A stretch of DNA of 64,000 bases, from the NCBI GenBank assembly GCA_016180645.1, contig JACPAV010000003.1:1-64000 (forward strand), given 5' to 3'. This stretch comes from Nitrospirota bacterium. Lineage in GTDB: Bacteria > JACPQY01. This document shows, piece by piece, positions 11,327 through 22,729 of this stretch (the first letter of the stretch is position 1; each line of letters begins with the position of its first letter). A model generated the notes under the pieces. It was not told the origin of the DNA, ran no database searches, and was given only the letters and a program-made list of their open reading frames with translations. The position numbers and the translations under genes were made by a program.

Positions 11327-12211
11327 CTACGCGGCGGATTTGACGGCAGCGTCCACGCGGGGCCGCAATCCGAGAATCTGGCGCGCTTCATCCACCGTGG
11401 CCACCTCCCGGCCGACCATACGGACCATCTTGACGGCCGCCTCGACCAGCTCGCCGTTTGAGCGGGCCATTTTCCCGTCCGGCAGATAGAAATTGTCCTC
11501 GAAGCCTACGCGGATGTTTCCGCCGACCACGAGCGCGGTAGCCGTGAGTCTCCAGGTGGCATGACTCACCGGAATGGTCTTCCAGGTGGCTCCTACCGGC
11601 AGTTTCCGGATGATATGGAGGAGGTCTTCCGGCTCGGCGGCGGTCCCCCCGCTACCCAGGATCAGGCTGTAATCCGGCGGCGCCTTAAGCACGCCCATTT
11701 CGATCAGGTGGTGGGAGTTGTTCACGTGACCGGTATCGAAACACTCGCATTCCGGTTTCACGCCCACCTTGTTCATCTCATTCACAAAGAAGATGATCTC
11801 ACTCATGTTGTTCTGAAAGGTGAAATCCCAGACGAATTGCTTCCGCTTGGCGGAGTACTTCAGATAGTTGACGCTCCCCATGTTGAGGGCCCCGATATCC
11901 GGGCGGATATTCTGGATGTGAGCAATGCGGTCTTCAGGGGGAACGCCAATGGCCCCCGTGGAAAAGTTGATGATGAGAGGGCATCGCGCCAGGATTTCCT
12001 CCCGCTCCCGGCGGTACATTTCAGGACGGAGCGACGGCGTGCCGTCCTCCTCGCGTGCGTGGATGTGGACGACCGCGCCACCCGCGTCGTACACCCGTTT
12101 GGCTTCCTCTCCGTACTCCTTCGGTGTGTACGGGATGCCTTCCGCCTGCTTTCGGTTGGCCAGGGCGCCGGTCATGGCGCAGGTGATCACCACTTTGTCT
12201 TCGAATTTCAT
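11327..12211 (-). CDS. Beta-keto acid cleavage enzyme (BKACE/Kce, DUF849 family)
   Basis: Motifs VITCAMTGA, HIHAR (HxH), LNMGS, RVGFEDN, EARQILGL. Confidence 0.9.
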   Translation of the reverse strand: MKFEDKVVITCAMTGALANRKQAEGIPYTPKEYGEEAKRVYDAGGAVVHIHAREEDGTPSLRPEMYRREREEILARCPLIINFSTGAIGVPPEDRIAHIQNIRPDIGALNMGSVNYLKYSAKRKQFVWDFTFQNNMSEIIFFVNEMNKVGVKPECECFDTGHVNNSHHLIEMGVLKAPPDYSLILGSGGTAAEPEDLLHIIRKLPVGATWKTIPVSHATWRLTATALVVGGNIRVGFEDNFYLPDGKMARSNGELVEAAVKMVRMVGREVATVDEARQILGLRPRVDAAVKSAA

Positions 12212-12242
12212 TTCAGACCCCTTTCAGTCCTGATGGGAACGA

Positions 12243-13751
12243 TCAAAACCCTTCGAACAACGCCTCGGCCGTGTCCGCGCTTCTAAGGGCCTCCACGATC
12301 CGAACGTTCTTTTCCTCCATGAGATTGACCACGGCCGATTCTGCAAGCGGCTGGTCGCCCTTCCACATGACACGGAGAACGGGACGCGTGTAGTCTTCCT
12401 CATTGGCGCCGATGACGCGGCCCACGCGGTCGTCGGAGAGCCGCACGTAGCTGCCGATAGGATACAGGGAGATGTACTGGAGAAAGGCGCGAACGCTGTC
12501 CGCGTCCACTTCCTTCCGGTAGACCATTTGGAGCGTGAGCCGCATGGCGTCGTGCGGCTTGTAGGCCGCCCGGTAGGCCCGCGGTTTGGTGAGCGCCTCG
12601 TACACGTCGGCCACGCTGATCATCTTGGCGAAGCGATGGATTTTGTCCTCCGAGTACCGGCGCGTATACCCGCCGCCGTCCAGCCGCTCGTGCACCTGGA
12701 AGACGATCAGCGGAACCGTCGCCGGCATGCCGCGGATACGGCGCAGGATGGTCACCGCGTGATACGGATGCTTGTTCACTTCAATCCGCTCGTAGGGCGT
12801 CAGTTTTCCCTTCTTGTTGATGATTTCCTCCGGCACCCAGAGCATGCCGATATCGTGAAGGAGGGCGCCGTAGCCGACCTCGAGAACCTGCGTCGGATTG
12901 TACCCCAGGGCGGTGGCGATGTTCATCGCCAAGATGGACACGTTGATGCTGTGGGACGGCAGATAGGTGCCTTGCCAGCGAAGGTTGGTAAAGTTGAGGA
13001 GAAGCTCCTTGTCGTCCACCAGAAGACCGATCACTTCCCGGCAGAGGTCACCCACGCGTGAGCCGGAGAAGGTTTCGTTCTCCTTGAGCATGCGCATCAT
13101 CTTGTCCGTGTGGGTCAGGCAATTCTTGTAGACCCCGAACGACCGCGCGATCTCCGACTCCGTGCGCCGCCGCGCCCGGTCCTTCCGCGAGAGTTCCTTG
13201 TGCAGGGGGCGGCCCATCGGACGCACGTCCAAGTCCAGTTCCTGGAGCTGCTTCTCGATCGTCTCGAGGCTCAGATCGACGTCGTCTTTCAGAAGTTCGG
13301 AGTCGCGGAACTTCAGGGATTCCACCTTGAAGGGCTGCGGCATTTCCCGGCGGATCATCGAGAGGTAGGCTTCCGGCTCGTGCTGACGCCGCTCCTCCCC
13401 CGATCGCTCGCGATACAAATTCACGTAGTTGCGATTGACCAGACCCTTCTTCATTCCCTCCGTGATCTTCACGCCTTTTTCGATCAACAGGACGCCCTTG
13501 TCGTTGCTGAGGGGATAGGCCAGTGTGGAGCCCACTTCGAGGTCTTTCACAGGGATCGCCGCCGCCCGGCATTGAAAGAGAAAATCTTCGAGCCAGTCCT
13601 CCGGTCCCAACTCGGCCACAATTTGGATCCCGGCTTTCTTCATCAAGCCCACGTGATCGGGTGTGAGGACATCGCCCTTCGAATGAAGGAGCATCCCGCT
13701 CTCGTGATAGACGGGATACATCAGCATCACGCCGGTCGCCAGATCATCCAC
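12243..13751 (-). CDS. HD-GYP domain cyclic-dinucleotide phosphodiesterase
   Basis: HSINV, LLHDIG, HERLDGGGY, VADVYEAL, YPIGSYVRLSD; duplicated N-terminal module. Confidence 0.88.
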   Translation of the reverse strand: MDDLATGVMLMYPVYHESGMLLHSKGDVLTPDHVGLMKKAGIQIVAELGPEDWLEDFLFQCRAAAIPVKDLEVGSTLAYPLSNDKGVLLIEKGVKITEGMKKGLVNRNYVNLYRERSGEERRQHEPEAYLSMIRREMPQPFKVESLKFRDSELLKDDVDLSLETIEKQLQELDLDVRPMGRPLHKELSRKDRARRRTESEIARSFGVYKNCLTHTDKMMRMLKENETFSGSRVGDLCREVIGLLVDDKELLLNFTNLRWQGTYLPSHSINVSILAMNIATALGYNPTQVLEVGYGALLHDIGMLWVPEEIINKKGKLTPYERIEVNKHPYHAVTILRRIRGMPATVPLIVFQVHERLDGGGYTRRYSEDKIHRFAKMISVADVYEALTKPRAYRAAYKPHDAMRLTLQMVYRKEVDADSVRAFLQYISLYPIGSYVRLSDDRVGRVIGANEEDYTRPVLRVMWKGDQPLAESAVVNLMEEKNVRIVEALRSADTAEALFEGF

Positions 13752-14083
13752 GGCTATCTTTCTCAGGGGTCCACCTCCGAACGGGGTATTCTAGCAATCT
13801 CAAGGCGGACTGCAAGTTGGCCTTCCTTTCGTTGGACGGTCCCGATCGGTTCCACCCCGAGCCGCCCCGTGTCCCCCCGAGCCGGCGGGACCCGCCCTCG
13901 CATTCCCCTGAGTCCACCGGGTCCGATGGAAGTACACTATAGTAGAACATTTTGTCCGATCGTACCGGTCATGACGCACTGTGTCAAACGGATTCCCTCC
14001 GGCTCCTCCCTCCCAGACGCTTGGGGTTCCGCCCGAGGCCGTTCCCTTGTCGCACGCGCGACGTTGGACTACAATGATTCCGA

Positions 14084-15136
14084 ATGGACCCCACCCCCGT
14101 CTCACCCGACGATCCTGAACTCCAACCGTTCCAACGTGATCCCGCCGCGACGGACTCCGCAGACATTCCACCGGACCGCCGTGCGGGAACGGTCGCTCAT
14201 CTCCCCGTCCCCATCCAGACGGACAGCGTGGTCAGGGGCAAGGGCGTCCTCGTCATCGACGACTCCGATCCCACGCGCCAGGCGATCCTTGCCATCATCA
14301 AGGAGTCACGCCTGTTCGAAAATCACTACGAAGCCGCCAGCGGAGCCGAAGGCGTGAAGGCCCTCCAGCGGAACGAGATCGACCTCGTCATCTGCGACGT
14401 CAACATGCCGGGGATCGACGGATTGAAATTCCTCGGCCTGGCGCGCCGCCATTTCCGCGACATCCCGATCCTGATGCTGACGACCCGGCAGGACTGGCAG
14501 ACGAAGGTGAAGTCTTTCGATCTCGGCGCCTCCGACTACGTCGAGAAAGGAGACTGGAGCGAGCGGGGACCCGAGCTTCGCGCGCGGGTCAAGACCCATC
14601 TCGAACTCAAGAAGAGCCGCGACCAACTCCGCGAACTCGCGAGTGTGGACGAGTTGACGAGGGTGTACAACCGCCGGCACTTCATCGAGGTGATGGAGAG
14701 GGAATTCAGCCGCTCCGTCCGCTACCAGAAGCCGATTTCGTTCATTCTGCTGGACATTGACCATTTCAAGGAAATCAACGATACTCACGGCCACCAGGTT
14801 GGAGACATGGTGCTGAAAGAACTCGCCGGCCTCGTGCAAACAAGCCTTCGCGGATCGGACGTGGTGGCCCGATACGGCGGTGAAGAGTTCGCCATCATTC
14901 TTCCCGAGACCGAACTGGACGGCGCGGTGGCGGCGGCCGAGAAAATACGGAAGAACGTCGCTCGCAATCCCTTTCCGGGCGCCGATGCCTCGCTCCAGAT
15001 CAAGGTCAGCCTCGGCGTGGCGAATTGGCCCCGCCACAAGGTGACCCACATCGACCAATTGATCCGGGTGGCCGACGACGCGCTGTATATCGCCAAGGAA
15101 TCCGGGCGCGACAAAGTGGTTGTCGCTCAAGCGTAA
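14084..15136 (+). CDS. Response-regulator diguanylate cyclase (REC-GGDEF)
   Basis: REC motifs VIDD and [27 protein letters not shown]-site, GGEEF active site. Confidence 0.93.
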   Translation: MDPTPVSPDDPELQPFQRDPAATDSADIPPDRRAGTVAHLPVPIQTDSVVRGKGVLVIDDSDPTRQAILAIIKESRLFENHYEAASGAEGVKALQRNEIDLVICDVNMPGIDGLKFLGLARRHFRDIPILMLTTRQDWQTKVKSFDLGASDYVEKGDWSERGPELRARVKTHLELKKSRDQLRELASVDELTRVYNRRHFIEVMEREFSRSVRYQKPISFILLDIDHFKEINDTHGHQVGDMVLKELAGLVQTSLRGSDVVARYGGEEFAIILPETELDGAVAAAEKIRKNVARNPFPGADASLQIKVSLGVANWPRHKVTHIDQLIRVADDALYIAKESGRDKVVVAQA

Positions 15137-15152
15137 TTGCAGAAGGAGATCC

Positions 15153-15470
15153 ATGCCCATCTACGAATACCGATGCCCTTCATGCTCTCATCAATTCGAG
15201 TACCTCCAGAAAATCACCGACGCGAAGAGCGTGAAGTGCCCGAAATGCGGAACGCGTTCGCGGCGGCAAATCTCAAACACTTCCTTCATCCTCAAGGGTA
15301 GCGGCTGGTACAAGACCGACTATGCCTCCAAGGAATCGAAGCGCCAGCGCGAGAGCGACTCGGGATCAACCGACTCGGGGAAGACCGAAAGCAAAACAAA
15401 GAGCGAGCCCAAGTCCCAGGCGTCGACCCCCTCGACGGGATCCTCCTCCACCGCCGATTCCAGCCGCTGA
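15153..15470 (+). CDS. FmdB-family zinc-ribbon protein
   Basis: [11 protein letters not shown]...CPKCG...[13 protein letters not shown], Ser-rich tail; AGGAG RBS. Confidence 0.88.
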   Translation: MPIYEYRCPSCSHQFEYLQKITDAKSVKCPKCGTRSRRQISNTSFILKGSGWYKTDYASKESKRQRESDSGSTDSGKTESKTKSEPKSQASTPSTGSSSTADSSR

Positions 15471-15486
15471 GTCCTCTCCTACCCCG

Positions 15487-17025
15487 ATGCCGTCATTCGC
15501 CGAGGCCGCAGGTAAGACGTTCCAGAAAGTTCTGATTGCCAATCGCGGCGAAATCGCCGTCCGGGTGATCCGCGCGCTGCGCGAATTCGGGATACGGTCG
15601 GTGGCCGTATTTTCACAGGCCGACCGCAAGGCTCTCCACGTGCTCCAAGCGGATGAGGCCGTTGAGATCGGCCCGCCCGCCCCCCGCGAAAGCTACCTCA
15701 ACACCGAGCGACTGCTCGATGCGGCGAAGAAGACGGGGGCGCAGGCCATCCATCCCGGCTATGGCTTTCTGTCGGAGAACGAGGAATTCGCCCAGGCCTG
15801 CGCCGACCGGGGGATCACCTTCATCGGCCCCCCCCCCAAGGCCATCCATCTGATGGGATCGAAAACCCGCGCCCGCGAACTCATGGCCGAGGCGGGCGTG
15901 CCCATCGTGCCCGGCATGAAGAAGCCCATCGACAACATCGAGGATGCGAAGGGGCTCGCCCGCGAGATCGGCTATCCCGTTCTTCTCAAGGCCGCGGGGG
16001 GAGGCGGCGGGAAAGGAATGCGGATCGTGGAGAAAGAGACGGACTTTGCCAAGCTGTTTGAGCGCGCCACCTCCGAGGCGAAATCCGCCTTCGGCCGCGG
16101 CGAAGTGTACATGGAGAAGTACGTGCGCAAGCCCCGACACATTGAAATCCAGGTCTTTGCCGACGCTCACGGCCACGCCGTCCACCTGGGCGAGCGCGAG
16201 TGCTCGATTCAGAGGCGATACCAGAAGGTCGTCGAGGAATGCCCTTCGCCCTTCCTCAAGGCGGACACGCGCCGCCGCATGGGTGAGGCGGCGGTTCAGG
16301 CGGCCAAAGCGGTCGGCTATGTGAACGCGGGAACCGTCGAATTCGTCGTCGATCCGGACCAGAACTTCTATTTCCTCGAAATGAACACCCGCCTTCAGGT
16401 GGAGCATCCGGTGACGGAGCTGGTGAATCGAATCGATCTCGTGAAGGCGCAACTCGGTGTGGCGGCCGGAGCCGCCCTGCCTTGGACCCAGGAGGATATC
16501 CGCCCTTCCGGTTGGGCCATCGAGTGCCGGATTTACGCCGAGGACCCCTCGAAGAAGTTTTTCCCGGCCCCGGGGACGATCAGCCGGCTGCACGAGCCTT
16601 CGGGTCCATGGGTCCGGGTGGACAGCGGCATCTACGAGGGATGGACCGTGCCCGTGTTCTACGATCCGCTTCTCGCGAAACTGGTTACGTGGGGAGTCGA
16701 CCGGCTGGACGCCGTGGGCCGGATGAAACGCGCCCTGGGCGAGTTCGACCTTCAGGGCATCCGGCACAACATTCCCTTCCTTCTCTGGCTGATGGACAGC
16801 GCGCGCTTCCGCGCAGGCGATCTGGATACGCATTTCATCGATGATGAGTTCCTCTCGAAATCCGTCAACCTCGATAACGGCGCCGGGACCGAGATGGCCG
16901 CCCTGGCCGCGGCCGTCTTTCGGCACTTGGATCGCGAATCCGCCTCCGCACAGGTCGCCGCGGGAAATCATTCGGGCGATATCAGCCCCTGGTTGGTCAC
17001 CGGCCGCAAGATGGCTCTGCGTTGA
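15487..17025 (+). CDS. accC: Biotin carboxylase subunit of an acyl-CoA carboxylase
   Basis: Motifs KVLIANRGEIA, HPGYGFLSEN, GGGGKGMR, EMNTRLQVEHPVTE. Confidence 0.9.
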   Translation: MPSFAEAAGKTFQKVLIANRGEIAVRVIRALREFGIRSVAVFSQADRKALHVLQADEAVEIGPPAPRESYLNTERLLDAAKKTGAQAIHPGYGFLSENEEFAQACADRGITFIGPPPKAIHLMGSKTRARELMAEAGVPIVPGMKKPIDNIEDAKGLAREIGYPVLLKAAGGGGGKGMRIVEKETDFAKLFERATSEAKSAFGRGEVYMEKYVRKPRHIEIQVFADAHGHAVHLGERECSIQRRYQKVVEECPSPFLKADTRRRMGEAAVQAAKAVGYVNAGTVEFVVDPDQNFYFLEMNTRLQVEHPVTELVNRIDLVKAQLGVAAGAALPWTQEDIRPSGWAIECRIYAEDPSKKFFPAPGTISRLHEPSGPWVRVDSGIYEGWTVPVFYDPLLAKLVTWGVDRLDAVGRMKRALGEFDLQGIRHNIPFLLWLMDSARFRAGDLDTHFIDDEFLSKSVNLDNGAGTEMAALAAAVFRHLDRESASAQVAAGNHSGDISPWLVTGRKMALR

Positions 17026-17030
17026 TCCCC

Positions 17031-17543
17031 ATGCGATACACCGTTTTCATTGGAGGACAAACTCACGACGTCGACATCCAACGGCAGTCCGAACGGGTCC
17101 TGCACGCCCAGGTTGGAGGACGCACACTTGCGCTGGATGTTTCTCTGATCGATTCCCGGACGCTCTCCCTCCTCACCCAGGGCAACTCCCTTCGCTACAG
17201 CATCTCTGGATTGGATAACGACAAAGTGCGCATTTCCCACGGCAGCCACACCTGGGACGCGGAGGTGAAATCGGGATCGGGGGGGACGGTCCATGCCGCC
17301 CGGCGAAGCGCGAAAAAAGGCCGCGTGCCCGTACTGGCTCCGATGCCGGGAAAGGTCCTCCGGGTTCTTTGCAAAGAGGGAGACCGCGTGAAGGCCGGGG
17401 ATTGCATTTCCATCATCGAGGCCATGAAAATGGAGAACGAGATCAAATGCCCGAAGGACGGATTGATTGCCAAGGTCGAAGCACGCGAGGGCGATATCGT
17501 TGATTCCGGCGAGACCCTTCTGATCGTGGACGACCCGGCCTGA
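17031..17543 (+). CDS. Biotin carboxyl carrier protein
   Basis: APMPGKV and the EAMKM biotinylation motif. Confidence 0.92.
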   Translation: MRYTVFIGGQTHDVDIQRQSERVLHAQVGGRTLALDVSLIDSRTLSLLTQGNSLRYSISGLDNDKVRISHGSHTWDAEVKSGSGGTVHAARRSAKKGRVPVLAPMPGKVLRVLCKEGDRVKAGDCISIIEAMKMENEIKCPKDGLIAKVEAREGDIVDSGETLLIVDDPA

Positions 17544-17562
17544 CGGCCCTTCACGGGATCGC

Positions 17563-19227
<1,665 letters not shown>

Positions 19228-20475
19228 TCAGAAATCAACCTTGAGGTCGCGGACTTCCGTGGGTTCGATGATCGCGAGTTTGTCCAAGTCCGCCGGAGCC
19301 GAATAGCCGGTGGGCGTGGTGGAGCCGTTGGACACGTAGCCGCTCGCATCAAAGAAGACGGGATTGTCCAGAGCCATCACGAAGGAAATATTCGCCACCT
19401 CCTTGTTATTAGGATCGACTTCGCCCACGACCCGGAGGATGTCCAGGAACTGTGCTTTTGTCATCACGGCATTCGACGTCGGAACGCCCTCCTTGAGTTT
19501 GCCGGTGGTTTGGAGCAGCGCCGCGATCGCGGCGAAGTCCATTTCAGCCTTCGGCGCGTTCTTCGCATAGCTGTACACGGCGTCCGTGAAAACGGCCCCG
19601 ACGCCGTAGGTGGTGAAGAAGTTGGCATCCGTTTTCACGCCATCGGTGGGGACGGCGAGCTTCACCGTTGCGCGGTCCGCCGCCTCATCGATCCTGGCCA
19701 CGAACACGTAGTTGCGGGCTGCCTGCCCGAACCATTTGTCATCGGCCCCGGCGTAGGGGTGGTGGCTGTTGCCAGAAAGGAGGATGATACTCCCCTGCTT
19801 CCGCGCATCGAGCTTGATGGCGTCCATCTTCCAGTCGTCCAGCGGGTCCTGTTTCTCCAGCAACCCCGAAGCCTCGATCACCATCTGCTTGTCGGCCTCG
19901 TTCGAGGCGTCGAACGTCAGACGAACGCGTCCCTCTTTGGGCAGCGAAGGATCCATCCTATTGAGATTGAGCGTGATGATGCCCTTTTTGCGGCCGACGT
20001 TGTCGAACTCCAGCACGATGATACGCGAGCCATCGGCAGGAAGGGGATCGAGTGTCAATTTGTGTGTCAGGCCCGTTTTCGTGGACTTCTGCACGGTCAG
20101 GTTGAATTTCCCATTCTCGATGGGGCCGCTCCAGTTGTCCGGCAGATTCGTCGGGACATTGCCGACGATGTCCTTGATCAGGTCGCGGAACTGGGCCCCG
20201 ATCCCCACATACAACCGGATGGCACCGAAGATCTCTTTGACCGCCGCCTTTTGGGCCGCCGTGAGGGTCGTCGCCCGTTCGGGGGCGCCACGCACCTGGG
20301 ATTGAGACGAGATTGATTTTGGAAGGTCGAATCCAACATCTGATGCGCTGACGCCGATTCCACTGGCGCCGCTTACCGATCCCGAGCCTGAAGTCTTCGT
20401 GTCCTCTTGCGCCCCGCAACCGGCGAAAGCCAATCCAACCGCGAGAAAACCCGTCAAAAACTTTTTCTCACCCAC
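19228..20475 (-). CDS. Hypothetical lipoprotein
   Basis: GGAGG RBS with GTG start; lipobox LAFAG-C; Ser/Gly linker; no motif recognised. Confidence 0.75.
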   Translation of the reverse strand: MGEKKFLTGFLAVGLAFAGCGAQEDTKTSGSGSVSGASGIGVSASDVGFDLPKSISSQSQVRGAPERATTLTAAQKAAVKEIFGAIRLYVGIGAQFRDLIKDIVGNVPTNLPDNWSGPIENGKFNLTVQKSTKTGLTHKLTLDPLPADGSRIIVLEFDNVGRKKGIITLNLNRMDPSLPKEGRVRLTFDASNEADKQMVIEASGLLEKQDPLDDWKMDAIKLDARKQGSIILLSGNSHHPYAGADDKWFGQAARNYVFVARIDEAADRATVKLAVPTDGVKTDANFFTTYGVGAVFTDAVYSYAKNAPKAEMDFAAIAALLQTTGKLKEGVPTSNAVMTKAQFLDILRVVGEVDPNNKEVANISFVMALDNPVFFDASGYVSNGSTTPTGYSAPADLDKLAIIEPTEVRDLKVDF

Positions 20476-20607
20476 AGTACACCTCCATTAGATGCCAATT
20501 GCCTAACGACCGGACCCTACTCCCCTGCGCGCTGAGCGTCAACCTCTTGGAAGCCTCCCCGCCGAAGGGATCTCCACCGATCCGAGCAATGCATGAATGA
20601 AAGACCT

Positions 20608-20680
20608 GAACCCATGCGGCATGTGACCCCATGCGGCATGCGGTGACCGCATGCGGACCCCATGCGCGTGCGTGCATGTG
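20608..20680. repeat. Cluster of degenerate ACC(C/G)CATGCGG direct repeats
   Basis: CATGCG at 20613, 20630, 20637, 20650 and 20661; palindrome CCGCATGCGG at 20647-20656. Confidence 0.6.
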
Positions 20681-20687
20681 AGGCGGA

Positions 20688-21314
20688 TCATCCTGAACCC
20701 AGGGCGGGGAACCATTCGGTCAGCACCCGTCTCAGCTTCAGGAACGCTGAGTCCGAGCACCTACGAAGGCTCACGCTTCGTGCAATACAGGCGTATATCG
20801 AGGACGAGCGGGGAATGCGAGCCTTCTCCAAGACGGCTTCCATTGCGAGGCGAGGGTCGGTTGGTTTTGCACGCCCGGAGATCCAATAGTTGTTGTGTTC
20901 CATCCAAGTGCGCATATTCCCCCACCGAGCTTGCCAACCCAAGCAACGTGCTACGTGGGGGGAATCCGCAAAGACCCAGTTTTCAATCTCAGGAACGATC
21001 AGGATGACTTCCGCCCTATTTCCCCAGCCGCCAGCGGAAAGAGAGATCTTCAGATTCGATTCGAGGGTGGCCGGTGCCATAGCCTCTTGGCCGCAACCCG
21101 AATAGTCGAAAACCACGAGTGCATGCCTGAACGTCTGGACATGAGGCTGGAGAAACTGTCGAGATTCCCTGAGGACACCTGGATCCCTCCGCTGATGAAC
21201 GTATGTTTCAGAATCAATGGAACGTGTCCCCAAGGATTTTGGCCGAGACAAGATCGCCCGTATGCTGTGATCGATATTCTTGTCTGCAACAAGGGTGATG
21301 AGGTCTTTCTGCAC
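20688..21314 (-). CDS. Putative TOPRIM-like partner of an ABC-type ATPase (resembles MADS Mad4)
   Basis: KDLITLVADKN, RDPG, VVFD, PEIENW; lies directly downstream of the ATPase. Family resemblance is from memory. Confidence 0.55.
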   Translation of the reverse strand: MQKDLITLVADKNIDHSIRAILSRPKSLGTRSIDSETYVHQRRDPGVLRESRQFLQPHVQTFRHALVVFDYSGCGQEAMAPATLESNLKISLSAGGWGNRAEVILIVPEIENWVFADSPHVARCLGWQARWGNMRTWMEHNNYWISGRAKPTDPRLAMEAVLEKARIPRSSSIYACIARSVSLRRCSDSAFLKLRRVLTEWFPALGSG

Positions 21315-21323
21315 GCTTTGGCG

Positions 21324-22592
21324 TCACCCGAGAACGCCGCTCGCAAAGAGCGTTCCCAAATCCGTCTCTCCTCTCCACTGCCTGAGTTTGGGGTGTTCAG
21401 AGCCCCGTACCACATCGGTAGCGCCATCGGTGTTCTTGGCAAAACAGAGGACCTGATTCGGTTTGGCAATGCTCAGCACAACGGGTGAATGCGTTGCCAG
21501 GAGGATTTGTGCGTCATATACGGAAGAGAGGGAATGGTAAACCGTTTCGACTGCTTTCGGGTGCACACCATTCTCCGGTTCCTCGACCAAGAACGTTGCC
21601 TGTTGGACGTCCGCGACATATGCCAAGAGCGTCAGTGCGAGCATGCGGAGGGTTCCGTCTGAAACGAGCCATGATGGGACCTTCAGCCCGCTCTCATACT
21701 CAATGATCAAGTATCGGCTTCGATCTTCACTCCTCTCAACGGTTCGGATCGCTTTCAGATCCGGGAGTGCAGTCCGTACATGAGCCAGCCACGCCGAGTA
21801 TCTCTGCTTGTCCCTGCTCTTGAGGATTTCAACCGCCCAAGGAAGATTGGATCCATCTGGAAGAAAGAATTTCGGAGCACCAGGGGGGCACGGCTGGCTC
21901 ATCTTGGCGCTGTTCAGAGTCAGTGTTTGCACTCCCAGCATCAGCAGCTGCTTAAACCAAGTTGCCGTCGGGAATTTCGTTTCATCTTCAGGAAGATTCG
22001 CGAGGGCGCATTTCTGTGGACCCAATCGGAACAGGTTGTTCCACGCCGAGGTCTCGGACGAAAAATAATCATTCCCAGATTCCGCGACTTTGTTGACGAC
22101 TTTTTTCCATCCTGGCGGTGATTTCCGGCCCGTTTCCGTGACGATAGTGATTGGGGGCGGCGGGGGCTGAGGAAACAAGTCTTTTTGCGGATAGATTCCG
22201 GTCGTCTTGTCCGGATCCGGGGCGAGCCAAAAGGTTTCGCTCAGCAGTGTAATCGTGCCATTCTCCTTGTTCGCCCCAACTCGAATTTCGTATCTTGCTC
22301 GGCCGTAGTTTCCATTCTTGAGCATCGCCCTTCGCGATTCAGGCAACTTGACTTCAACGGCCAATTCAAATGCTTCACCTTCGCGCATCCATACAAGATC
22401 GCGTAACTCCGGGGCTCTCCTTGAAACGGCTTGGTAGGGCCCGAAGTAGACCAGATCCGACATGAACGCGAGTACGTCCAAGAACGTTGATTTGCCGCTT
22501 GCGTTGGGACCGACCAACACTTGGAATCTGTCCAAACCCTGATCCAAGTAGCGCAGACAACGATAGTTAAGGGCCTCGATTCTAGAAATCAT
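21324..22592 (-). CDS. AAA_21/OLD-type ABC ATPase (resembles MADS Mad3)
   Basis: Walker A GPNASGKS, signature VSDGTLR, Walker B/D-loop VEEPENGVHP, H-loop THSP. Confidence 0.85.
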   Translation of the reverse strand: MISRIEALNYRCLRYLDQGLDRFQVLVGPNASGKSTFLDVLAFMSDLVYFGPYQAVSRRAPELRDLVWMREGEAFELAVEVKLPESRRAMLKNGNYGRARYEIRVGANKENGTITLLSETFWLAPDPDKTTGIYPQKDLFPQPPPPPITIVTETGRKSPPGWKKVVNKVAESGNDYFSSETSAWNNLFRLGPQKCALANLPEDETKFPTATWFKQLLMLGVQTLTLNSAKMSQPCPPGAPKFFLPDGSNLPWAVEILKSRDKQRYSAWLAHVRTALPDLKAIRTVERSEDRSRYLIIEYESGLKVPSWLVSDGTLRMLALTLLAYVADVQQATFLVEEPENGVHPKAVETVYHSLSSVYDAQILLATHSPVVLSIAKPNQVLCFAKNTDGATDVVRGSEHPKLRQWRGETDLGTLFASGVLG

Positions 22593-22729
22593 CTCTGGAA
22601 AGAATCATAGCACAGGACGGAGGGAGTCATGGATGGACTGCTGTTCTGGCGCAGGCTTCGATCAGAGCGACCCGATTCGCAATCGCATGGATCAAATGCC
22701 CCGTTCACGCGGGCTGCACTTTGCACGCG

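Noticed and set aside
20476-20607. Riboswitch in the lipoprotein leader
   Set aside because: Some hairpin potential, but I recognised no conserved aptamer motif; an Infernal/Rfam scan would settle it.
20608-20680. Possible mini CRISPR array
   Set aside because: Units are short, irregular and lack unique spacers; no cas genes in the window.
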